32,000 bases of DNA from contig NC_000964.3 of assembly GCF_000009045.1 (NCBI RefSeq), forward strand, positions 780,001 to 812,000, in the 5' to 3' direction. Source of the stretch: Bacillus subtilis subsp. subtilis str. 168 (lineage in GTDB: Bacteria > Bacillota > Bacilli > Bacillales > Bacillaceae). Below, piece after piece: positions 15,601-23,317 of the stretch. The notes beneath the pieces are model-generated. The model was given only the letters and a program-made list of their open reading frames with translations, was not told the origin of the DNA and did not search any database. Position numbers and translations under genes: made by a program. How positions within the stretch are numbered: the stretch's first letter is position 1; every line of letters starts with the position of its first letter.

Positions 15601-15867
15601 ACAGCCTTTTCCCGAAAAGAGGGCATGCCGAAAACATATGTCCAGCATCTCATGGCTGACCAAGCAGATACATTAATATCAATCCTTGACCGCGGTGGCA
15701 GGCTTTATGTATGCGGTGATGGCAGCAAAATGGCCCCGGATGTGGAGGCGGCACTTCAAAAAGCGTATCAGGCTGTCCATGGAACCGGGGAACAAGAAGC
15801 GCAAAACTGGCTGAGACATCTGCAGGATACCGGTATGTACGCTAAGGATGTCTGGGCAGGGATATAG
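12682..15867 (+). CDS. cypD: Self-sufficient cytochrome P450 fused to an NADPH-P450 reductase (P450 BM3-like fatty-acid hydroxylase, CYP102A2), 1061 aa
   Basis: Haem-thiolate motif [17 protein letters not shown] domain [22 protein letters not shown] motifs RYYSISSSP and [12 protein letters not shown]. Confidence 0.96.
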   Translation: MKETSPIPQPKTFGPLGNLPLIDKDKPTLSLIKLAEEQGPIFQIHTPAGTTIVVSGHELVKEVCDEERFDKSIEGALEKVRAFSGDGLFTSWTHEPNWRKAHNILMPTFSQRAMKDYHEKMVDIAVQLIQKWARLNPNEAVDVPGDMTRLTLDTIGLCGFNYRFNSYYRETPHPFINSMVRALDEAMHQMQRLDVQDKLMVRTKRQFRYDIQTMFSLVDSIIAERRANGDQDEKDLLARMLNVEDPETGEKLDDENIRFQIITFLIAGHETTSGLLSFATYFLLKHPDKLKKAYEEVDRVLTDAAPTYKQVLELTYIRMILNESLRLWPTAPAFSLYPKEDTVIGGKFPITTNDRISVLIPQLHRDRDAWGKDAEEFRPERFEHQDQVPHHAYKPFGNGQRACIGMQFALHEATLVLGMILKYFTLIDHENYELDIKQTLTLKPGDFHISVQSRHQEAIHADVQAAEKAAPDEQKEKTEAKGASVIGLNNRPLLVLYGSDTGTAEGVARELADTASLHGVRTKTAPLNDRIGKLPKEGAVVIVTSSYNGKPPSNAGQFVQWLQEIKPGELEGVHYAVFGCGDHNWASTYQYVPRFIDEQLAEKGATRFSARGEGDVSGDFEGQLDEWKKSMWADAIKAFGLELNENADKERSTLSLQFVRGLGESPLARSYEASHASIAENRELQSADSDRSTRHIEIALPPDVEYQEGDHLGVLPKNSQTNVSRILHRFGLKGTDQVTLSASGRSAGHLPLGRPVSLHDLLSYSVEVQEAATRAQIRELASFTVCPPHRRELEELSAEGVYQEQILKKRISMLDLLEKYEACDMPFERFLELLRPLKPRYYSISSSPRVNPRQASITVGVVRGPAWSGRGEYRGVASNDLAERQAGDDVVMFIRTPESRFQLPKDPETPIIMVGPGTGVAPFRGFLQARDVLKREGKTLGEAHLYFGCRNDRDFIYRDELERFEKDGIVTVHTAFSRKEGMPKTYVQHLMADQADTLISILDRGGRLYVCGDGSKMAPDVEAALQKAYQAVHGTGEQEAQNWLRHLQDTGMYAKDVWAGI

Positions 15868-15873
15868 ATAAAG

Positions 15874-15898
15874 AAGACTGGAGACATCCAGTCTTTTT
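15874..15898 (+). terminator. Intrinsic terminator of cypD
   Basis: AAGACTGGA-gaca-TCCAGTCTT followed by TTT. Confidence 0.8.
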
Positions 15899-16094
15899 AG
15901 TCCTTTCGAAAAAATGGTGATCGCGCTAAACATTGATGCATACAATAACTTCAGTCCGCCGGAAGGGCGGGCTGTCTGCAAAACCTATTTTTCGTTTTTG
16001 CTAGTTTATGTTATTCTTATACTCGGTATCTATTTCTTTTTTCAAAGGCACACATGACAAAAGAAATCCTTTTTTTATTTCCGAGAAAAAAATG

Positions 16095-16121
16095 TGAAAC
16101 GAAATGAAGGTTTCTTTCGTC
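16095..16121 (+). promoter_or_regulatory. ECF sigma (sigma-M/X/W-type) promoter upstream of ltaSA: TGAAAC-N17-CGTC
   Basis: TGAAAC at 16095-16100, CGTC at 16118-16121. Matches the B. subtilis ECF consensus; yfnI is known as a sigma-M regulon member. Confidence 0.7.
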
Positions 16122-16313
16122 CAGTGATTGGTTTCCAAATGGTTGTAATAAAAATGATATGGTGCGAAACATAAATATTCCGGCTTGCCGCGGTGTATTT
16201 ATTGTTGTGTGATGCCTTGATTTTGTTTGGAAAGAAGGAATTGGAAGGCAGGATATAAAGAGCAGGTAAATATGAATGAAGAACTTAAAGTGTTTAAGAA
16301 AGTAGAGGTTGCC

Positions 16314-18233
16314 ATGAAGAAACTTTTTTCTTACAAACTTAGCTTTTTTGTGCTGGCTGTTATACTGTTTTGGGCAAAAACGTATTTATCCTACAAGACT
16401 GAGTTTAATCTTGGGGTAAAAGGCACAACTCAGGAGATCCTCCTGATATTTAACCCATTCTCAAGCGCCGTCTTCTTTTTAGGACTGGCTTTGCTGGCGA
16501 AAGGGCGTAAATCAGCCATTATTATGCTGATTATCGATTTCTTGATGACATTTGTGTTATATGCAAATATTTTATTCTATCGTTTCTTTGACGATTTCTT
16601 GACGTTCCCGAACATTAAACAGTCCGGAAACGTTGGAAACATGGGAGACGGGATTTTCAGTATCATGGCCGGTCATGATATTTTCTATTTCTTAGATATT
16701 ATCATTTTGATTGCGGTATTGATCTGGAGACCTGAATTAAAAGAATACAAAATGAAAAAACGCTTTGCATCTTTAGTGATCCTTTCTGGGATCGCACTGT
16801 TTTTCATCAACCTGCACTATGCGGAAAAAGACCGTCCGCAACTGCTGACAAGAACGTTTGACCGCAATTATATTGTGAAATATTTAGGTTTATACAACTA
16901 CACCATTTATGACGGTGTACAGACGGCTCAAACAGAGACGCAAAGAGCCTATGCAAGCAGCGATGATTTAACAAGTGTCGAGAATTACACGACGTCTCAT
17001 TATGCGAAACCAAACGCCGAGTACTTCGGCTCTGCCAAAGGCAAAAATATCATTAAAATTCACCTCGAAAGCTTCCAGTCATTCCTGATTGACTACAAGC
17101 TAAACGGTGAAGAGGTGACGCCTTTCTTAAATAAACTTGCGCACGGCGGGGAAGATGTGACGTATTTTGATAACTTCTTCCATCAGACAGGCCAGGGAAA
17201 AACATCTGATGCCGAGCTGACAATGGATAACTCGATCTTCGGTCTTCCTGAAGGCTCCGCGTTTGTGACGAAAGGCGAAAACACCTACCAGTCGCTTCCT
17301 GCGATTTTAGACCAGAAGGAAGGCTATACAAGCGCCGTCCTGCATGGTGATTACAAATCGTTCTGGAACCGTGACCAGATTTACAAACATATCGGATATG
17401 ACAAGTTCTTCGACGCAAGCACGTATGATATGTCAGATGAAAATGTGATTAATATGGGGCTTAAGGATAAGCCGTTCTTTACAGAATCGATTCCAAAGCT
17501 TGAATCTCTTAAACAGCCATTTTATGCGCATTTGATTACATTGACAAACCATTATCCGTTTAACCTTGATGAAAAAGACGCGTCTCTTAAAAAAGCGACA
17601 ACAGGCGATAACACAGTTGACAGCTACTTCCAGACAGCGCGTTACCTTGACGAAGCGCTTGAGCAATTCTTCAAGGAGCTGAAGGAAGCCGGCCTGTATG
17701 ACAACTCAGTCATCATGATTTACGGTGACCATAACGGTATTTCTGAAAACCATAACCGAGCGATGAAAGAGATTCTTGGAAAAGAGATCACAGATTATCA
17801 AAACGCACAGAACCAGCGTGTGCCGCTGATGATCCGCGTTCCTGGCAAAAAAGGCGGAGTGAACCATACGTATGGCGGCGAAATTGACGTCATGCCGACA
17901 CTTCTGCACTTAGAAGGAATTGATTCTCAGAAATATATCAACTTTGGTACTGATTTATTCTCTAAAGACCACGACGATACGGTGGCATTCAGAAACGGAG
18001 ACTTCGTAACGCCGAAGTACACATCAGTCGACAATATCATTTACGATACGAAGACAGGTGAAAAACTGAAAGCGAATGAAGAAACGAAGAATCTGAAAAC
18101 AAGAGTGAACCAGCAGCTGAGCCTTTCAGACAGTGTCCTGTACAAAGACTTGCTGAGGTTCCATAAACTAAATGATTTCAAAGCCGTTGATCCGTCAGAC
18201 TATCATTACGGCAAGGAGAAAGAAATCAAATAA
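16314..18233 (+). CDS. ltaSA: Lipoteichoic acid synthase paralogue (5 TM helices plus extracellular sulfatase-type domain), 639 aa; in-frame alternative ATG 16272
   Basis: ATG 16314 (MKKLFSYKLSFF...) with GAGGT 5 nt upstream. Near-colinear with S. aureus LtaS as I recall it (HLESFQ, HQTGQGKTSD, LTNHYPF, YGDHNGIS). Confidence 0.93.
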   Translation: MKKLFSYKLSFFVLAVILFWAKTYLSYKTEFNLGVKGTTQEILLIFNPFSSAVFFLGLALLAKGRKSAIIMLIIDFLMTFVLYANILFYRFFDDFLTFPNIKQSGNVGNMGDGIFSIMAGHDIFYFLDIIILIAVLIWRPELKEYKMKKRFASLVILSGIALFFINLHYAEKDRPQLLTRTFDRNYIVKYLGLYNYTIYDGVQTAQTETQRAYASSDDLTSVENYTTSHYAKPNAEYFGSAKGKNIIKIHLESFQSFLIDYKLNGEEVTPFLNKLAHGGEDVTYFDNFFHQTGQGKTSDAELTMDNSIFGLPEGSAFVTKGENTYQSLPAILDQKEGYTSAVLHGDYKSFWNRDQIYKHIGYDKFFDASTYDMSDENVINMGLKDKPFFTESIPKLESLKQPFYAHLITLTNHYPFNLDEKDASLKKATTGDNTVDSYFQTARYLDEALEQFFKELKEAGLYDNSVIMIYGDHNGISENHNRAMKEILGKEITDYQNAQNQRVPLMIRVPGKKGGVNHTYGGEIDVMPTLLHLEGIDSQKYINFGTDLFSKDHDDTVAFRNGDFVTPKYTSVDNIIYDTKTGEKLKANEETKNLKTRVNQQLSLSDSVLYKDLLRFHKLNDFKAVDPSDYHYGKEKEIK

Positions 18234-18237
18234 GATG

Positions 18238-18286
18238 AAAAAGAGCCTTGAGCGGGCGCATTGCCTTCGCTCAAGGCTCTTTTTTT
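18238..18286 (+). terminator. Strong intrinsic terminator of ltaSA
   Basis: AAAAAGAGCCTTGAGCG-(13-nt loop)-CGCTCAAGGCTCTTTTTTT. Confidence 0.9.
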
Positions 18287-18326
18287 GGTTATACAACCAA
18301 CTTGAAAAAATAGATTCCATTTGGTC

Positions 18327-18355
18327 ACCAAGGCTGGCTTTCTCTCATATCATTA
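18327..18355 (+). promoter_or_regulatory. Candidate mother-cell (sigma-K/E-like) promoter of yfnHGFED: AC-N17-CATATCATTA
   Basis: AC at 18327-18328, CATA at 18346-18349. Differs from CATANNNTA at the last position. I see no good sigma-A promoter in 18287-18468. Confidence 0.3.
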
Positions 18356-18468
18356 CAGTAGATTTTGAAACCGGATTGAAATCGGACAAATTATCGGGGA
18401 AATGCCTTGATAGATTGTGAAGATGTACCAGGTTTCGAACTCAATATTCATAGAGATGAGGGGTAGAG

Positions 18469-19233
18469 ATGAAAGCGGTCATTCTCTGCGGCGGAAAAGG
18501 AACGAGAATGAGTGAAGTCACGAATGACATTCCTAAACCGCTCGCCATGATAGGCGGCAAACCGATTCTATGGCATATTATGAAAATTTATCAGTACTAC
18601 GGAGTAAACGAGTTTATTCTGCTTTTGGGCTATAAAGGAGAAAAAATCAAGGAATACTTTCTCGACTATGAATGGAAGCACAACAGCCTGACACTCGACA
18701 GCTCTACGGGAGAGGTACAGATGCTGGGGCAGCCTGAAACGTGGAAAATTACGTTTTTGGAGACTGGGGTAGATACGCTGACAGCCGGAAGAATCTTGCA
18801 GGCGAAAGACTATATCGGTGATGAAACATTTCTGCTCACCTATGGAGACGGGCTGGCCAATATCAATCTTTTCCATCTCATCAGCTATCATCAGACAAAA
18901 GGTGCTGCCGCGACTGTCACCGGCATTGACAAAGTCTCGCAGTTTGGCACCTTGACAGTTGAGGATGGCATGGCGAAAACATTTTCTGAGAAGACATCAA
19001 GTGATGGAATCATCAACGGCGGATTCTTCGTTCTTAGTCCAAAGGTTTTCGATTATTTGCCGAAGGACGGGAACACGATGTTCGAAGATGAACCGCTGAA
19101 GAACCTTGCCAAAGATGGGGAGCTTGCTGTGTACCGCCATTACGGATTTTGGACGGCCATCGATACGTATAAAAATCTCTTAGAAGTCAACAAAATGTGG
19201 AATCAAGGACAACAAGTATGGAAGGTATGGTGA
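18469..19233 (+). CDS. yfnH: Glucose-1-phosphate cytidylyltransferase (RfbF-like), 254 aa
   Basis: ATG 18469 after GAGGGGTAGAG. Nucleotidyltransferase motif AVILCGGKGTRM ... KPLAMIGGKPILWHIM. Confidence 0.92.
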   Translation: MKAVILCGGKGTRMSEVTNDIPKPLAMIGGKPILWHIMKIYQYYGVNEFILLLGYKGEKIKEYFLDYEWKHNSLTLDSSTGEVQMLGQPETWKITFLETGVDTLTAGRILQAKDYIGDETFLLTYGDGLANINLFHLISYHQTKGAAATVTGIDKVSQFGTLTVEDGMAKTFSEKTSSDGIINGGFFVLSPKVFDYLPKDGNTMFEDEPLKNLAKDGELAVYRHYGFWTAIDTYKNLLEVNKMWNQGQQVWKVW

Positions 19234-19239
19234 ATTGAT

Positions 19240-20208
19240 TTGAGTTTCTGGAAAAATAAAAACGTATTTGTCACGGGATGCACAGGTCTTTTAGGAAGCT
19301 ATTTGGTGAAAGAGCTGATCGAACAGGGCGCAAACGTTACGGGGCTAGTCAGGGATCATGTGCCTCAATCCAATCTTTATCAGGGAGAACATATCAAGAA
19401 AATGAACATCGTGCGGGGCTCTCTTGAGGACTTGGCTGTGATTGAACGCGCGCTTGGCGAGTATGAGATCGACACAGTCTTTCATCTTGCTGCACAAGCG
19501 ATTGTCGGCGTGGCAAACCGCAACCCGATTTCTACCTTTGAAGCGAATATCCTCGGCACCTGGAATATTCTCGAAGCCTGCCGCAAGCATCCGTTAATTA
19601 AGCGGGTCATTGTCGCTTCAAGTGATAAAGCTTACGGCGATCAAGAAAACCTTCCATACGATGAAAACATGCCGCTGCAAGGCAAGCACCCGTACGACGT
19701 CTCAAAAAGCTGCGCAGATCTGATCAGCCACACCTATTTTCACACGTACGGGCTTCCGGTCTGCATTACGCGCTGCGGAAACTTATACGGCGGCGGAGAT
19801 TTGAACTTCAACCGCATCATTCCTCAGACGATTCAGCTTGTGCTGAACGGGGAAGCGCCGGAAATCCGAAGCGACGGCACATTTGTACGGGACTACTTCT
19901 ATATTGAAGACGCCGTTCAGGCTTATCTGCTTCTTGCAGAAAAAATGGAAGAAAACAATCTTGCCGGAGAGGCCTTTAACTTCAGCAATGAGATCCAGCT
20001 GACCGTACTTGAACTGGTAGAGAAAATATTAAAGAAAATGAACAGTAATCTGAAACCTAAGGTGCTGAATCAGGGAAGCAATGAAATCAAACATCAATAT
20101 TTATCCGCGGAAAAAGCAAGAAAGCTGCTGAATTGGACACCGGCCTACACTATTGATGAGGGACTTGAAAAAACGATTGAGTGGTATACGGAATTCTTCA
20201 AAAAGTAA
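19240..20208 (+). CDS. yfnG: CDP-glucose 4,6-dehydratase (RfbG-like extended SDR), 322 aa
   Basis: TTG 19240 is the only canonical start between the in-frame stop 19231-19233 and the Rossmann motif [10 protein letters not shown]. Catalytic YxxxK present (YDVSK). Confidence 0.92.
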
Positions 20209-20231
20209 TGTGAAACGAGGTGAACAAGACT

Positions 20232-21143
20232 GTGACCAGCGCGTATTGCACCGTTTTATCAAAAGGAAGATTATATCAGGCAGTCGCTTTGTTTAAGTCG
20301 TTAGAGCAAGTTGATCAAGACAGTCCCATTTTTATACTTTGCATGGATGAAGATACGCACCGCGTGTTACAGAAGCTGAAGATGAAGCAGCTGAACCTTG
20401 TGCCGGTGGCCGCTCTTGAAAATGAATTGCTGCTGAAGCTGAAGGAAACTAGAGATCAAAGTGAGTATTGCTGGACGATGAAGCCGATCTTTCTGCAAGC
20501 TGTGCTGAACAGCAATCCTGAGCTGGAGCGTGTGACGTATATTGACGGGGATCTCTTTTTCTATGCAGATCCATCGCCGATTTTTGAAAACCAGCCGGAC
20601 TGCTCGGTGTTGCTTTCACGAGGGGATATTGTAATCCCTTCTTTTGAGAAAGAGCAGATTGACATGCTGCAGCGTCTTTTAGGCAGATATAATTCCGGGT
20701 TTATCAGCTTCAAGCATGATGATGCAGGCACGGATTGCTTGGAGTGGTGGAAGGAACGCTGTCTTGAGGAATGCAAAAATGCACCGGGTGAAGGGAAATT
20801 CGGTGATCAGGGCTATTTGGATTATATGTCTGAGCTGTTTCCGAATGTGTGTGACATTACAACACCCGGCGTGAACATCGGCCATTGGAATTATGGACAG
20901 CATACGTTTTCCTGGAAAGATGGCCGGATCGTGCTGGAGGATGGCAGTCCGCTGATCTTTTATCATTTCAGCGGATACCGAATCGTCAGCATCAATGAAA
21001 TCAAACAGATTCATGAAACAACCCGCACAGATCTGCCGTTTGTGCATGAACTGTATCAAGAGACACTGCCGCATATCATTCAGCACATGCAAACGTTAGA
21101 CCCTGAATTTAACGGTTTTGCTTCAAAAGATGACAACAAATAA
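20232..21143 (+). CDS. yfnF: Putative GT-A-fold glycosyltransferase (DxD = DGD), paralogue of yfnD, 303 aa (307 aa if GTG 20220)
   Basis: GTG 20232 lies 9 nt after GAGGTG; GTG 20220 sits inside that SD. Shares the motifs EYCWTMKP, DGDLFFYADP, YNSGF, GDQGY and LIFYHFSG with YfnD. Confidence 0.88.
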   Translation: MTSAYCTVLSKGRLYQAVALFKSLEQVDQDSPIFILCMDEDTHRVLQKLKMKQLNLVPVAALENELLLKLKETRDQSEYCWTMKPIFLQAVLNSNPELERVTYIDGDLFFYADPSPIFENQPDCSVLLSRGDIVIPSFEKEQIDMLQRLLGRYNSGFISFKHDDAGTDCLEWWKERCLEECKNAPGEGKFGDQGYLDYMSELFPNVCDITTPGVNIGHWNYGQHTFSWKDGRIVLEDGSPLIFYHFSGYRIVSINEIKQIHETTRTDLPFVHELYQETLPHIIQHMQTLDPEFNGFASKDDNK

Positions 21144-21171
21144 ATGAGTAAATACAGGAAGTGAAAATGAA

Positions 21172-22350
21172 GTGAAAGCAAGCGTTATTATTCCTGCATA
21201 TAATTCGAAGGAGCGTCTTTACAACAGCCTTCTGTCATTAAACCAGCAGGAGTGCGATGAAGAATTTGAAGTCATTGTAGCGGACAATGGCTCTGAGGAC
21301 GGGACGCTCTCGATGCTTGAGTCATTTCAAGCTGATTTTCCGCTGATCTTTACACGGATTAAAGAAAACAGGGGCATTGCGTACGGACGAAATCAGGCGC
21401 TTCGCAATGCCAGAGGAGACATCCTGATTTTCCATGACAGCGATATGCTTGCGGCAAAGGACCTTGTGGCAAAACATATTAAAGCCCATGAGAACGAAGA
21501 GAATCTCGTCGTGTGCGGGTTGTTTTGGAAACGGATCTACAGTTTTTACTATGAACGATTTGAAGAAGAACATAAGGAACAGCTCGCAAAGCTCACAGGT
21601 GAAATGCCGAAGAAAGACAAACAAAAGCTGCTGGAGGAAGCGGACATCAAAAACGGAAGCTTTCTTGATAAAAGCTTTGACCTCGATACCGACTTTATAG
21701 ACGTGCTCAAGAAGATTTTAGATGAGTACGGCGATGACTTGAAAGGCTATCATATGCCATGGCGCTTTTTTATCACGAATAATTCCTCTGTGAAACGCAA
21801 GCATGTGGTTGACCTCGGTTTATTTGACGAAGGCATTGTGCGGTACGGGTTTGAGGATTATGACCTCGGGATCAGGCTTCATCAGGCCGGATTGACCTTC
21901 AGGCTTCGCCGTGATATTGTCAGTGTTCATCAGGAACATCCAAGCAATTGTAAGTCTGTAGACGATATTCGGGCAAACATTGCCTATATGTGCGATAAAT
22001 ACAATAACATCCGCTCCTTAGACGTTCATCTCGCTTTTAATGGGCCGTTCCCGCCTGACATGACGAACAGAATCATGGCTGATATTCAAAAGCTGCTGGA
22101 ATCACAGAAATATGATATGCTGCTGAATCTGTTTCTTGAGCTTCTGCATGTTGTTAAAGAGCGCAACATTGATCCGGATTGGCGAAAGAAATCCCCAAGG
22201 GTGACGGCGAAAAGCTTTGATTTGCAAACTGTCCGCAAGCTTCTGCCTAAGGCGAAGAAAAAGCTAGGCGTGAACGATTTTGCCAACGCACTGTATGCGC
22301 TTGTCAACGATTTGCTGCACGTGGATCTTAGATCATTGGATGTGGTATAA
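21172..22350 (+). CDS. yfnE: Family-2 glycosyltransferase with an internal insertion and a ~140-aa C-terminal extension, 392 aa
   Basis: GTG 21172 is the only possible start (in-frame stop 21145-21147; GT2 motif SVIIPAYN begins at codon 4). SD AGGAAGTGA. DxD = DSD. Confidence 0.9.
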   Translation: MKASVIIPAYNSKERLYNSLLSLNQQECDEEFEVIVADNGSEDGTLSMLESFQADFPLIFTRIKENRGIAYGRNQALRNARGDILIFHDSDMLAAKDLVAKHIKAHENEENLVVCGLFWKRIYSFYYERFEEEHKEQLAKLTGEMPKKDKQKLLEEADIKNGSFLDKSFDLDTDFIDVLKKILDEYGDDLKGYHMPWRFFITNNSSVKRKHVVDLGLFDEGIVRYGFEDYDLGIRLHQAGLTFRLRRDIVSVHQEHPSNCKSVDDIRANIAYMCDKYNNIRSLDVHLAFNGPFPPDMTNRIMADIQKLLESQKYDMLLNLFLELLHVVKERNIDPDWRKKSPRVTAKSFDLQTVRKLLPKAKKKLGVNDFANALYALVNDLLHVDLRSLDVV

Positions 22351-23286
22351 GTGAGTACATTTCATTTTTCAACGATAGTGTCAAGGACACATATCTTTAA
22401 GCTCATGCCTATGATTCATTCTCTCCATGAGCATTGCGATGATTTTCATTTATATGTGCTGTGTGTCGACCAGAAAGCGTATGAATTGCTTCAGCACGTT
22501 CCATGGGAGCATGTAACCTTTGTGCAGCTGCATGAAATGGAAGACCCGGAGCTGTTGAAAGCGAAAAGCAACAGAACGTTTCATGAATATTGCTGGACGT
22601 TAAAGCCCGCCTTTTTGTTTCATGTGATGAGCAAGTGGGATGACGCTGAATACTTTGCCCATATGGATACGGATCTATTTTTCTTTTCTGATCCGGCACG
22701 TATTTTTGCAGAAAACCCAACGGCGTCTCTGTATTTGACTGATCATCGTAATTCGCCGCGCTTCATGTCCTACTACGACCGAACCGGACGCTTTAATACA
22801 GGCTTTGTCGGCGCCGGTAATACAAAGGAAGCATATGAAGCGGTGTGGCAGTGGAGACAGGACTGTATTGAATTTTGCACGGTCGAAATGGATACGGAAC
22901 GAAAGACATATGGTGATCAAAGATATGTGGAGAAATGGCCGGAGCAGTTTAAAGGTGTTCATGTTGTCAAATCCATAGGAGCCAATACAGCGCTTTGGAA
23001 TATCGAAAACTATAAGGTCGGGCAAAAGGACGGCCGCGTGTATATAGATGAAACGCCGCTGATTTTCTATCATTTCTCTGGGTTTACGCTGGTGACAGAA
23101 AAAGAGTTTAATCTTTGCTGGTACTACCGGATTGAAGACGAAGCGACAATTAAGATGATTTATATGCCCTATATATTAAATCTGAAAAGATGGATTGATG
23201 AAATACAGTCGGCGTTTCCGGACTTTGCGGATGGCTTTATCCCGAAGCACGCAGTGCCTGACACTCATTTTATCCAGCTGGATTAA
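22351..23286 (+). CDS. yfnD: Putative GT-A-fold glycosyltransferase (DxD = DTD), paralogue of yfnF, 311 aa
   Basis: GTG 22351 directly abuts the yfnE TAA. Motifs EYCWTLKP, DTDLFFFSDP, FNTGF, GDQRY and LIFYHFSG. Confidence 0.88.
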   Translation: MSTFHFSTIVSRTHIFKLMPMIHSLHEHCDDFHLYVLCVDQKAYELLQHVPWEHVTFVQLHEMEDPELLKAKSNRTFHEYCWTLKPAFLFHVMSKWDDAEYFAHMDTDLFFFSDPARIFAENPTASLYLTDHRNSPRFMSYYDRTGRFNTGFVGAGNTKEAYEAVWQWRQDCIEFCTVEMDTERKTYGDQRYVEKWPEQFKGVHVVKSIGANTALWNIENYKVGQKDGRVYIDETPLIFYHFSGFTLVTEKEFNLCWYYRIEDEATIKMIYMPYILNLKRWIDEIQSAFPDFADGFIPKHAVPDTHFIQLD

Positions 23287-23317
23287 AAAACCCCCTGCCG
23301 CCTGGCAGGGGTTTTTT
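23285..23317. terminator. Bidirectional terminator shared by convergent yfnD and yfnC
   Basis: AAAAAACCCCCTGCC-gcct-GGCAGGGGTTTTTT. Confidence 0.9.

Noticed and set aside
15679-15981. 100-aa minus-strand ORF crossing the cypD terminator
   Set aside because: It runs antisense through the cypD 3' end and through the terminator hairpin, and it has no SD.
16052-16105. 17-codon ORF (MTKEILFLFPRKKCETK) in the cypD-ltaSA spacer
   Set aside because: It overlaps the ECF promoter -35 element, its SD is weak, and an ORF this small is expected by chance in AT-rich DNA.
18172-18420. 82-aa plus-strand ORF spanning the ltaSA stop and terminator
   Set aside because: It reads straight through a 17-bp terminator stem in an alternative frame of ltaSA. 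The internal ATG 18235 has no properly spaced SD.
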